From: Lama glama
Lineage: Eukaryota
NCBI GenBank assembly: GCA_028534125.1
Contig: CM052816.1
Location: 47,680,001 to 47,744,000 of the forward strand
Length of the DNA stretch: 64,000 nt
Reading direction: 5' to 3'
Shown here: in pieces, positions 13,540 to 25,404 of the stretch
Numbering within the stretch: the stretch's first letter is position 1
How the letters are laid out: every line of letters begins with the position of its first letter
The notes under the pieces: generated by a model
What the model saw: the letters and a program-made list of their open reading frames with translations, nothing else
Databases searched by the model: none
Told to the model about the DNA's origin: nothing
Made by a program: the position numbers and the translations under genes

Positions 13540-15400
13540 AGCCAATCAAATGGGTGTGTATACTAGTGCACTGTGAGAGTTGAAAGCTCTGCATTTAAAA
13601 TAAGGTTTATGCATAATTCATAGCCTGTGCATGTTTATGTAAATTACCAAAGGCGGAAGTGTATACGAAGCCAGAATCTGAGGTAAAATGACGATGTTAT
13701 AATATACTGCTGGACTTGCATCTCGCCAATTCAACATAGCCCCGTTATACTATTCTTGAAAATTACATCATGTGCCAGTTCACGCTAGGAAACCTAATAA
13801 AACTTTGAGGCTTACACATATTGTATAGTTTTCAACATTTCTTTCAGATTCAATATATTATTAAACACTGAAACTTAGCCATATATAATTCAGACAGCCT
13901 GGGAATAAAGATGTACATATATATTCCTGTTAATGGGGGTTATAAGTTGGAAGAAATAGAAACAGTGCCTAGAAATTTTATTTAAAGAGAGGGAGCCTTT
14001 AAATGCATGGGGATTTCCACTTTTAAAAAATGGAGGAAATGAACTCTTCCATCATTGGAAACAGAGCCCGTGAATTTTGGAAGGTAAAGTATTATCTGGA
14101 AGGCAACCTCCCACCTAACATGGAACACTGGAGTGGTTTCTGGCTGGTGATATTCAGCTCAGACTCATCTTCTGGGTTAAAGTGTTCTTTTGAATCAGTC
14201 ATTGTGGGCTGCCAGCAGAGAAGAGCTCATTTGCATGAGCTCTCCACCTCCTGGTCAGCTCTGAAAATCTTGGCAGCTTAGCAGTGCAATTGGCAAAGGA
14301 GTGTTTCAGAAAAAAAAAAAAATTAATAAATAAGGGCTTCCAAAGAACACACTGTCGCTGAATTAAGTCCAATGCACCTGAAATTCATTGCTCTCTTATC
14401 TTTTAAATTGTTATAAATATAGCAGGTATTTTAAAGTCATTTCTGTTTATTCCTTTCCTAATGTACTGTGCGAACCATTTTTCACATGTGTTAACGTACT
14501 ATATGCAAATGGCGTTTAATGTGTTGTATTCACAGAATGCATTTACAAATCGTTTTGCGTATGGAAGAAGCAGTTGTTTCACTTTTGCATGTGAAACTGA
14601 AAAGGAGGAGTACTATCACTACATTTCTAAAATGAGAGAAAATTTAAATGGAATGAGGAAAGCCTGCAGATGCTGTAATAGAAAATTTCTAGGTTTCTAA
14701 TTCACCTATTAGTACCTTTTTCTCACTTCATATACTTTCAAAATCTGGTGCTGAATTTCCCTCCCTAAGAATTTTAAGCTCATGTCATTAGAAATAATTA
14801 TCCTTTCCATTATTTGTGCTTAGTTCCACGTGTACTGTTCCTCATAGAAATCAAAAGAAACGTTCAGAAACAGCAAACACTTTAAGGCAAAGCAAAAATT
14901 AATTTAAACATTTGTGCTCCATGAACCACCACAGTAACTGAGAGTAATGTCTCACACATCTAATCATCATGTATTTTATTCATGGCATTTAAAGACTTAC
15001 AAATAATTTGCAACAGAATTTATTTTTATTTTAAATAGTTTTCATACACTAAACTATGTGAAATCACTAGGTGTTTAAAAAATGCAGAGTAGATTAAATA
15101 TTGAGGGTGTATTAAAATTCCATTTTATATAATATTAAATATGTAACAAAAAGAGCATCTCTAATTGTGATAAAAATGATGTGAAGAATGTGTACAACAT
15201 AACGCTTTTATTCTGCTAATTTATAGAAATAGGCCCCTAAATGGTTATTATTTTCATTCCATGTATAGAATGACCAGGAAAAATGCTGGCAATTACTCTG
15301 TGAATGGTGCTCTACCCCGGCATGAAGCTATCACTAATTTGCATATGGCATTGTTGGAAATGAAGCCTGTGACATACAGATCATCATCAACACTGGGAAT
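13540..15400. promoter_or_regulatory. Candidate enhancer region: non-repetitive and POU/octamer-motif rich
   Basis: Octamers at 14229-14236, 14503-14510 and 15337-15344; ATGCATAATTCAT at 13609-13621; ETS-like GGCGGAAGTG at 13652-13661; locally retained CpGs. Motif-based only. Confidence 0.35.
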
Positions 15401-16643
15401 TCACACTGCCAACTGTACCTCCTCACACAAACACATACTGCCACTTATAGATCAAAGGGAGTGTTGCGACTGCAGTCCTGAGCTATTAAAACACATCACG
15501 CTACTGGAATTTTAAACATGTTTTAGAAATGGGGTCTTTATCATTAGAAGGATGGTTTTTTTCCCTTTGTTATGTAAACAAAAGGAATTCTCTTAGATAC
15601 TTAGTCCATGGAAATATTTATCTTTCACTTGCATTGTCGTAGTTTCCCCAGATGAAAAGGGCATATAGTACAAAAATTAAAATTTTTAATTATTTGATGT
15701 TAGTAAACGTACTTGGTATTTTTTTCTAGAACAGGAAGAAGATGTAAACGTCTTCTTTAAATTTAAGAATAAGAAAGAGAAGATCAGAATGTAGACATAA
15801 TCCACTAATTGTTGAGCAGTGGCTTTTAGTAGTTTCCCTGGTGATGTGGGTCCACAGATATAAACTCAGATGAGGCAACTTTTACCTCATTTATCAAATA
15901 AGTAAATAGGCAAAGAGAATTTTATTTTAAATTACTTGGATAATTTTCTGTTTATTTCCCTCATGTTGCATATGGAGTCAGTGATTGACTTATTTCCTAC
16001 TATTCATCTTTACTTAAAAAAAGAAAGAAAACTAAAAATTTTGCTTTGTACATTTTAGAGGACTAAGTGTTTCAAATTTAACATATTGAGGGACTATTAC
16101 TATTTTTTGATTTAAATAAAATTTTTCTCACTGAAAAAATAGTGTTGAATTGCTTATGGAACTTGAGAATTAAGCTCTCAGCAATAAGATATTTTTCTAC
16201 CAAATTTTTGAAGGAAGACATGTGAATGTATGAGAGAATTTATGTCTGCCCTCTGGGACTATCTATAGTAGATTGTTTCTATACATTATATGTCAAGACT
16301 TGCCTATTGAGGCATATATGGCAGGTATGCGCTGGAGTATAATTTATAAAGTATGCTCACAGGGTGTTTCTGTAGTGCCCTCGCCCGTTCCCTAATACCC
16401 TTCCTGTCCTCTAATTTTCATGAGGCTCCGTCGTGCATCTTATTTTCTATTTAGTGAAGAAGCTGGGTGATTGGTTATGGATGATAACAAGAAAAATCAG
16501 TCAAATGTAGACAAGGCTGGCCTGATAAGACTGAAATGAAGTATGCCTTTGGTTGTGTAATAATTTCCAGCTGTGTTCTAGTTTAAGAAAATATCCAACA
16601 TGACACTCCTGGCTTAACTCAGTCACACATTTCATACAGGTAG

Positions 16644-16780
16644 TATTTTTCAGATGACACCACGTTAGAAGGGGTTGCTAACACTTCAGAAGAAAAGATC
16701 AGAATTCAAAGTGACCTCGATAAATTGAAGAAACAGCAGGAACCAGATGAAAATACTGGCTTGTCACAGGTCCTGCGGGG
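16644..16780 (+). mobile_element. L3/CR1 LINE reverse-transcriptase remnant
   Basis: Translates YFSDDTTLEGVANTSEEKIRIQSDLDKLKK, then NQMK in a shifted frame. This matches the CR1/L3 RT segment FADDTKLGG.ANT.EDR..IQ.DLD.L..W...N.M.FN. Confidence 0.8.
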
Positions 16781-16799
16781 GGAGGGAACCTAAGCTAGA

Positions 16800-16880
16800 A
16801 TTCATCCCTCATTTATTTATTCATTCATCAAATATTTATCGATTGCCTACTACATGCCAGCCAGAAGCTAAGTATTGGTT
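16800..16880 (-). mobile_element. L2 3' end remnant
   Basis: cattcatcaaatatttatcgattgcctactacatgccag is the characteristic antisense L2 terminus. Confidence 0.75.
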
Positions 16881-17320
16881 AACACAGATGCATTTTTAGT
16901 TTGGAAATCTGCCCTCCCCTTCAATGACTGGCCCCTTTCAGGAAATCAATCTCTCTCAAAGTTATTTCTTCCCAGTAGACTTAAGGAAAAAAAAGACAAG
17001 CAGATCAAGAAGTATCTGCACCATCCTGATATATACACATCATACATATACATTGTGTGTAGATCCATGTCCATGTGTATCTATATGGTATATAGATATA
17101 TACAAGCTTCATTCTTTTTAAGGGTCACTCACTTTGAGGAGATCAAATGTCGTATTTAATGTTTAACTTTGGTTTACAATAAGGTTATAATGAAAATAAT
17201 TAAAAGAAGATATTTTACTGGTTCACTCTTCATCTGCCAAAATTCAGGAATACTTAATTGACTTCTAAAATTTGATTCTAGTAGTATTCTACCTTTGTTT
17301 CCACCCTGGCTGCCTTGAAG

Positions 17321-17442
17321 AAGAGTAAATCATGCATCCTGGTTTGACTGGGACAGTTTACACCTGCTTTTCCAGCAGAATTATTAATCTCTCTCACTCT
17401 TAGAGGTGATCCATTGAAACAGTAAATTATGTGATCCCCCTA
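17321..17442 (+). mobile_element. hAT-Blackjack MITE, MER94-like
   Basis: Internal text cctggtttgactgggacagt...aattattaat...tcactct...taaattatgtgatcccccta; 8-bp TSD ccttgaag (17313-17320) / ccttgagg (17443-17450). Confidence 0.8.
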
Positions 17443-19697
17443 CCTTGAGGTGTCTCTTCACCTGTACTGAAGCACTGTGCCTTTTGATGGGGTCAAATAA
17501 GATGTCATTCCTGCCCTTGGGGAGTTGGCTGGACACCAGGGCAGACATAAATATCAACAGATCTTTTCGGAGGAAATCCAGATTCTGAAGGATGAACAGA
17601 CTTACAGAAAAGTATGGAAAAAAAGGAGCTAGTGGTCAAGAAGCCATTAAAGCTACTAAATTTGAGAACATAGGCCTGCAAAGCCTGGTGAACAACTTAT
17701 CAGACACACAGTTCATCTTAGAGCAAAAATCACTTTGGTCAGGTATCTTTAATTTGAGAACCAGGTTCCAGAGACAAAACAGGCAGAAATGCTAGTAGTA
17801 TATGACAGTAATACCCATAAATAAATATCTACCTATATATAATGAGAAATAGTTTTATTACTTTTCCAGTCTTTTCACCATTCCTTGAAAATGGCCAGTG
17901 TATATATTTCACTGGTAACCAAAATTTCACAACGGTTCTACCTAGGTTATATTTCTCATAATGTTTTTCTCCTCTCAATTTTATAACCTTAGGTGTGAGG
18001 GAATAAAAGAGTTAAATTTTTAAACAGCCACTGATATGCTCTCTAAAGCAATTATTCCTTCTGTCACCAAGAGATAAATGTACTACCACAAGACATTAAA
18101 ATGTTCTCTTCAAGACTCTAATACAAATTACTGTCAGACCACACCACTTAAAGCCTTCTTCCTCTTATTTAGGAAAGCCAATTCCTTTTGGGTTTTTTTT
18201 TAAACATATAAAGAAGAAAATATCTTGCTCTGAGGATTGCTGAACACATTTTAACAATTTTTAACCCTTTTAAAATAACATTAACTGCTTTTTAACTCAA
18301 CATTCAATACCAAGACTTTCTGGAACAAGTTAGTGAGGAAGAGAGCCTTTGGTATTGGGTGAGTTTCTTATCATATGTTAGGGTTGCAGAGCACTTCAAG
18401 CAATGAAAAAAACTCTAAAGTTTGTCCTAATTCCAAGCAAGCCTCATGAAGAATTTAAACTGCAGGAACTGGTATACAGGTTTACCTCCCTCATAGTCTC
18501 ACCCTAAACAGAAATGATCTCAGGGTCATTCGGAGTATATCAGTGTGCCTACAGATTGTAAACACACACACAATGCATGCATTTAAGTTTGTGACTTTGC
18601 ACTATAATTTTTTCAGTTCCTTGGATCTGTGAAAAGACAAGTCTCATCAGCAACTCATTTTGAGGAAGCTGAAATTAAAAACAGAACTTGTTGGCAGCCT
18701 ATAGGCCGTGAAAACATACTATAAATTAGGCTATGAGCCAAGCAAGGTTGTGAGAGAGCACTGACTTTTTAAAGTAAAGGACTCCAATCTGTAGAGTGAG
18801 AATGACATAGAAAAGCAGAGCACAGAAAAGATGTGACGTAAGCCTGAAAGACGGACCAGTCTTCATGTGTGTTTCCAGACCAGCCTTGCAGGCCCAGACG
18901 CCCACTCTAACCACCAATCCCCTCTAATGAATATACCTTACAGTGCTCTTGTTTTGTTATTTTCAACTAAAAATAAAATCTGCTCAGGAAAAAAAGTGAA
19001 GAATTAAATATATGAGTAAAATGTGGGACAGAGAAGTTGACTATAGCATAGAAGTTGTGGGTTGAAATTAAAAATAGGTTAAATACTATGCCAAGAAACT
19101 TGAAAAATCTGACTTTGAGATTATTTATCATGAAAAAAATCTCTACACTTGATTTGAAAAAATTTTGACCAAGTTTAGAATAGAGGACTTCAAAGTCTTG
19201 GCCTTTCCAACCAAAGATAATTTACACAAGTTATAACAGCAGGAGGAAACAGAGGCATGGAATATTATGCAAGTCATTCTTTCTGTTTGGGGAAATTTTG
19301 TCTACTTTCTATTTTAGAATATTTTATTAGAGTGTATAGAAAACCCCCTCTCAGTGTCATAATTATGAACAGTTATATTTGGATGGTATCACTGTCAATC
19401 ATCATGCTTAGAAAAGAGGGAATCCCATTAGCTCACCTTTTTTCAAAAATAGTCAACAGATTATTTCCCCTGAGTTTGGGCCGTGGACAAAAGATTCTTA
19501 TTGGTAGGCTGTCATGACATTGATGATGAATCTTAACGTATTAGAATTTTGAAACAACCAAAAGCAGCAAAGAGCAAAGACTCAATAATTTATACTATCT
19601 CGTTATTACCTAAAATTAACTCTTTAGATATTACTGCCTCCAAAGTGTATACTTAAAGTGGTAAATTCTATGTCATGTGCTATAATTTAAAAATTAA

Positions 19698-21790
19698 GGG
19701 GAGAGCAGCCAAGATGGTGGAATAGAAAGACCCTGAGGTCACCTCCTCTCGTGACCAAAATCACAACTATCTGTAGAACAGCCATTGGTGAAAGACTGGA
19801 ACCTACCAGAAAAGATCTTCTACAACTGAAGACATGTAGAAGGGACCACAATGAGATGGGTAGGAGGGGTGGACTCGTGATATAATCAAGGGTGGGTGAT
19901 CCACAAACAGGAGAATGATTACAGATATTCCCCCACGGGAGTAAAATTTCTGGGCCCCCTATCAGGCTCCTCTGCCTGGGGGTCCAGCACTGGGAAGATG
20001 CATTTGGCTTTGAAGGCTATCAGGGCTTAATGCAGGAGCCCAACAGGACTGGGGAAACTCACACACGCCAGGACCCAGAGCAGAAGCCTTAATTTGATAG
20101 GAGCCTAGGCCAGACCTACCTGCTGGTCTTAGAGAGTCACCTGGAGAGGTGGAGGGTGGCTTAAGCTCACCCTGGAAACACGGACAGTGGTGGCAGACAC
20201 ATTGGGGAACATTCAGCCATATGAACATTGCTGCTTTGACAGCTGACGTCTTGAATCATTAGCTCCAAGCATCACCCAACAGCCTGCAGGCAACAGTGCT
20301 GGGACATCTGAGGCCAAACAACCAACTGGGCAAAGACACAGCCCTACCCATCAGCAGACAGGCTGCCTAAAGACTTGTGATTTCACTGCCGTCTCTAGGC
20401 ATGTCCCTAGACATGGCCCTGCTCACCACAAGGCTAAGACCCAGCTCCACCTGCCAGTGAGCAGGCACTGGGGCCTCCCATCAGGCAGCCCACACAGGCC
20501 TCTAGGCAACCTCACCCACCAGAGCTCAGATTCCAGAAACAAGAGTCAGAGTAATGATCAAGATGATTGAGAGCTTGGGAGAAGAATGGATGCACAGAGC
20601 AAGAAGTTACAAGTTTTTATTTTAACAAAGAGTTGGGAAATATAAGGAACAACTAAACTTAGCTGAAGAATACAATAACTGAAATGAAAAATACACTGGA
20701 AGGACTCAATAGTAGAATAAATGATTCAGAAGAACAGATCAGAGTAGTGGAAATCACTGCTGCTAAAGAGAAAAAAGAATGAAAAGAAATGAGGACAGTT
20801 TAAGAGACCCCTCAGGTAACATAAAGTGCACTAATATTTGCATTATAGGGGTCCCAAAAGAAGAAGAAAGAGGAAAGAGCCCAAGAAAATATTTGAAAAG
20901 AGAATAGCTAAAAACCTCCCTAACCTTCCCTAACCTTGGAAAGGAAAAGTCACCCAAGTCCAGGAAGCACAGAGTCCCACACAGGTTTAACCCTGAGAAG
21001 AACACAGCAAAACACCTCTTAATCAAACTGACAAAAATTAAAGATAAGGAAAAAATATTAAAGCCAGCAAGAGAAAAGCCACAAATAACATACAAGGGAA
21101 CTCCCATGAGGTTTTCAGCTGATTTTTCAGCAGAAACTCTTCCAGCCAGGAGGCAGTGGCATGACATAAAGTGATGAAAGGGAAAAACCTATGACCAAGG
21201 ACTCTCTACCCAGCAAGGCTCTCATTCAGATTTGATGGAGAAATCAAAAGCTTACACACAAACAAAAGCTAAAAGAATTCAGCACCACCAAACCAGCTTT
21301 ACAACAAATGTTAAAGAAGCTTCTCTAGACAGAAAAAGAAAGGCCACAACTAGAAATAAGAAACCTACAGAATGACAGAGCTCGCCAGTAAAGGCAAACA
21401 TACAATCAAGGTAGGAAATCTTCCACACACTAAGCTGGTAGGGAGGTTGAAAGACAAAAGTAGTAAAATCATCTGTATCCACAATAAGCTAAGGGATATG
21501 CATCTGTATCTATAATAAATTAAGGGATACACAAAAAATTTAGGTGTAAAATATGATATCAAAAACAGTAATCATGAGGGGAGGAGAGTACAAATGCAGG
21601 GTACTTAAAAATGCTTTTGAAATTAAAAGATCAGCAACTTAAAACAATCATATAGACTGCTATACAAAAACCTCATGGTAACTGCAAACCAAAACTCTAT
21701 AAGAGATAAACTCACAAAAAAGACAAAGGCATCCAAACATAACACTAAAAATAGTCATCAAATCACAAGAGAAGAGAATAAAAACTAACT
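19698..21790 (+). mobile_element. LINE-1 with 5'UTR, disrupted ORF1 and inter-ORF spacer, lacking ORF2
   Basis: 5' end gggagagcagcCAAGATGGT; ORF1 motifs (agcaagagaaaagccacaaataacatacaagggaactcccatgaggttttcagctgatttttcagcagaaac); ORF1 stop near 21327; homology ends in A-rich sequence near 21780-21810. Confidence 0.92.
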
Positions 21791-23119
21791 CAAGTTAAAA
21801 AATAAAAAAGGCTTTGTTAACAAAAAGAAAAATCTTTTGACTTGTGAATGGCTCTTAAAATTCTAGTTTTAGAGCCAACCGTTTGTGAAAATAACTCGTT
21901 AACAAATTAGAACCTGAATGGAGAAAGAGAGAGCCCTGATCTAGATTTTCTAAAACAAATCGGTAGGATAAGGTCAGAAGGAGGCAGGCCTTGAGAATTA
22001 GTTTGTGTCATCTCAGGAATGTATTTTAAATAAAGCAAGCTTGGTCCTCAACCCATCTTATTTTTGAGGCTTTATTGCCATTATGGGAAGAGATTAAACA
22101 AATGGCCAAGTAAAAAGAAGAGGAGACAGGTGATAATTAAGGTGGAAAAAATTAATTTTTAAACATTCAGAAGCCTTGAGTACAGTGATCGCTTTGCTAT
22201 AACTGCAGTGATATGAGGACTATTAATTAGTTTGAAAAAAAAAAGAAAGGAAATAGTTTTGGGCACATCAGAGTTAAGCAAAATAATCTTTGCTTAAATG
22301 TTAAAACTGTGGTTAGGATGACTCTTAAACTAAGATCTCCTTACCCCTAAAATGGCATTTTTCAAGAGACCAGATAGCATCAAAACCATATTTGTTCAAA
22401 TGTTTCCTTTTTTTCCCCTTTTGATTAACCATCTGATGCTGAGTGAATTCAGTTATCTTTATACAGGGCAGGCCAGTATGTTACATTTCTCTACCAAAAA
22501 AATGTATGCTGAAGGGAATTAATTCAGCTAAATTCACATTTATGGACTATTTAATGGAGCCTGTGATACCTCTCAATGCTGCCGTGCAAGACAATCTCAT
22601 CCTCTTTCTTTCCATTCACTGTTCTCTGCCAGAAACAACCTTTTCCTCCTGCTTGGTCTCTGTCAAGTATCAAGCAAGATATCATCAATTAAACACTGAA
22701 AGTGATAAGAAATTACCAACTGCCAGATAGTTGTAAAAGCAGCCAGTCTGTTCCCTTAGAAAAAAAAAAAAACCAGCAGACAGAAGCTCCACTTCAAACA
22801 GAATAATATATTTCTAAAGGATTATTTATAACAAAATATTTTCTTCCCCATTTTGTAGAGAATAAAAGACAAAGATATGAAAAAATCATGAGGCTCTGCT
22901 CTTGCTTTGCGTGTTAGTGACATGCTGATCCAAAGGGAAAAAGCTTTGATTAAGGTTCTAGGTAGTAAAGACTTTTTCTGGATTTCCTCCTACTTAACTT
23001 TTCCTTCACAGAAATAACAAATGAAAAAAACCTTGGCTACGAGCACCAGCTCTGAGCAAAGTTGTTCATTAGAAGACCTTTCCCATTGGGGCTTCTGTGT
23101 TTTCTTTCATCACTCCTCC

Positions 23120-24060
23120 CTTGTTGGTAGGATATGTGTTGGTGCAGCCTTTGGGGAATATCTTAAAAATTTGAAATACACGTACTCCTTGATCCTGACA
23201 CCACATAAATATTTCTGCAGGATTGAATTTGAGAAAGAGAAAAATCAGCCCCTGATATCTGGGAACTCACCTAATACTTGGAGTGGGGCCTCGGTGTTTG
23301 TTGTTTGCACTCACAGCTAGGTGGGGGTGTTCTTCTGTTGGAGGTTAAAAAAAAAAAAACAACTCATAGAATGCCAACATCAGACTTTGTGACTGTGATT
23401 AAGTGAGACCAAATTAAAACAAATGAAACAAAAGACAGCATCCTGGAAACTTACCCAAAATGGCCAAACCAAAACCCAAATTCTATACGTGTTTTCTAAC
23501 ACCCTCTTAGTGAGACTCCTCATGGTTCTCTGTGATGTGTGGTCTCCCTTACTGCAACAAGAAAGAAGCCCAGCTTAGTTCCTAGTGATCTTTGGCGGCA
23601 GGGCAGAGACAGTTCTTAGAGAAAGACTGTGTTCAGAGCAATATTTGTAATAAGCAAAAGTTGGGGACAACCTATTCAGAAATATAAAAATGATTCAATA
23701 AGTTATGACACATCCATTACATGAAATAGCCCTTGAGGAGTAAGTTAGATGCATAGTTATTGGGATGGGAGGAAAAGTATCTAAGATGTGCTATTATGTT
23801 GGAGGAATGGGCAAGCAAGTTAAATAAAATCACAAAGAATAGGATACTGTTTGGTTTACAGAAAAACAAATCTGTATGTGTGTGTGTGTATGTGTATGTG
23901 TACAGAAAAAGTTCTGGAAGAATGCACATCAAACTTTTAACAGTGACGGGGAAGGGGTAAAAGAAATTTTCATATTTTACCTTATACACCTATATAGTTT
24001 TGATTTTGACAAGGTTTTGTAATTTTGTAATTTTTAGAAAGGATTATAATTTTTAAAAAT
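23120..24060 (+). mobile_element. Old L1ME-like 3' fragment interrupted by an LTR
   Basis: ttggtgcagcctttggggaa...ccttgatcc on the left resumes as agcaatatttgtaataagcaaaagttggggacaacc after about 23620. Confidence 0.6.
23365..23611 (+). mobile_element. ERVL-class solo LTR remnant (MER54/MER73/MER74-like; family uncertain)
   Basis: 3' end tgtgtggtctcccttactgcaacaag...gttcctagtgatctttggcggcagggcagagaCA resembles these LTR termini. Left boundary uncertain. Confidence 0.55.
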
Positions 24061-24592
24061 GGCTTCTCAATAAACAGATGCCATATGATCACATATGTGA
24101 TGTGTGTATGTGCATTATACATATGGAGGAGGTAATAGATACACATTTCTCTGTATCTGCTTTGTTACTTACATCACAGAAACCCTCCAAATCAACTTAA
24201 CTCAGTATTAGTGAGAGCTACATAATATTCCATAAGAAAGATGCTCAGAAATTATTCATCCGTTCTCCTATTGATAGACATTCGTTTTATGTACTTTTGG
24301 CCACCCACAGGAATACCCACCTGCCACCAGGCTCACCAGCCAGGCAGTCTCAGCAGTATATGTTAAAGAGATTATTCTTTTCCCATTAAATGGTCTTGGT
24401 ATGATTGTTGGGAATCAATTTACCATAGTTAAGTATGAATGTTTTTCTGGACTTTCAATTCTGGTTCATGGTCTGTGTGACTGATGTCAATACCACACAA
24501 AACAGTGGTTTTACCATAGCTGTGTAGGAAGTTTTGATATCAGGAAGTATGAGTCTTCCAACTTTGTTCTTCTTTTCAAGAATGTTGTTGCA

Positions 24593-25080
24593 AATTTGTA
24601 ACAGCGTAGATGAATCTTAGGGGCATTATGCCAAGTGAAATAAATCAGAAGAAGACAGATACTGTATGATTTCACTTACATGTGAAATCTAAAGAAAAAA
24701 ACTTTTAGAAACAAAGAACAGATTGGTGATTGCCAAGTGATGAGGGGTGTAGGGTGAGTGAAGAGGGTGAAGGTGGTCAAAGGGCACAAACTTCCAGTTA
24801 TAAGACGAATGAGTTCTGGGGATATATTGTACAGCCTGGTAACTATAATTAACAATACTGTAATTTATTTTTGAAAGTTGCTAAGAGAGTAGATTTTTAA
24901 AGTTTCTACTATACACACAAAGAAATTGTAACTGTATGAGGTGATGGCTGTTTTAACTAATCTTATTGTGGTTATCATTTTGCAACATATATGTATATAA
25001 AATCACTATGTTGTACACCTTAAACATATACAATGTTATATGTCAATTACATCTCAATAAGGTTGAGGAAAAACTTTTTA
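24593..25080 (+). mobile_element. L1MA-type 3'UTR nested in the older antisense L1
   Basis: Sense 3'UTR text (gggcattatgccaagtgaaataaatcag...tgtcaattacatctcaataa). Degenerate TSD aagaatgttgttgc / aagattattttggc. Confidence 0.85.
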
Positions 25081-25404
25081 AAAAGATTATTTTGGCTTAT
25101 TAGGGTCCCCATATTAATTTGAAGTTTGCTTTTTCAATTTCTTCAAAAAATGCCCATTGGAGGAGGAATTGCATTGAATATATGGATTGCTTTGGGCAGT
25201 ATGACACTATTGTTAAGTCTTCCAGTTCATGAACACATTTAAAAAGATTATTTTGGCTTATTAGGGTCCCCATATTAATTTGAAGATTGCTTTTTCAATT
25301 TCTTCAAAAAATGCCCATTGGAATTTTGGGAGGAATTGCATTGAATATATGGATTGCTTTGGGCAGTATGACACTATTGTTAAGTCTTCCAGTTCATGAA
25401 CACA
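25077..25404. repeat. Tandem duplication of 161 bp + 167 bp
   Basis: 25077-25237 and 25238-25404 differ only by one substitution (gaagTttgc/gaagAttgc) and a 6-bp indel (attttg). Confidence 0.97.
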
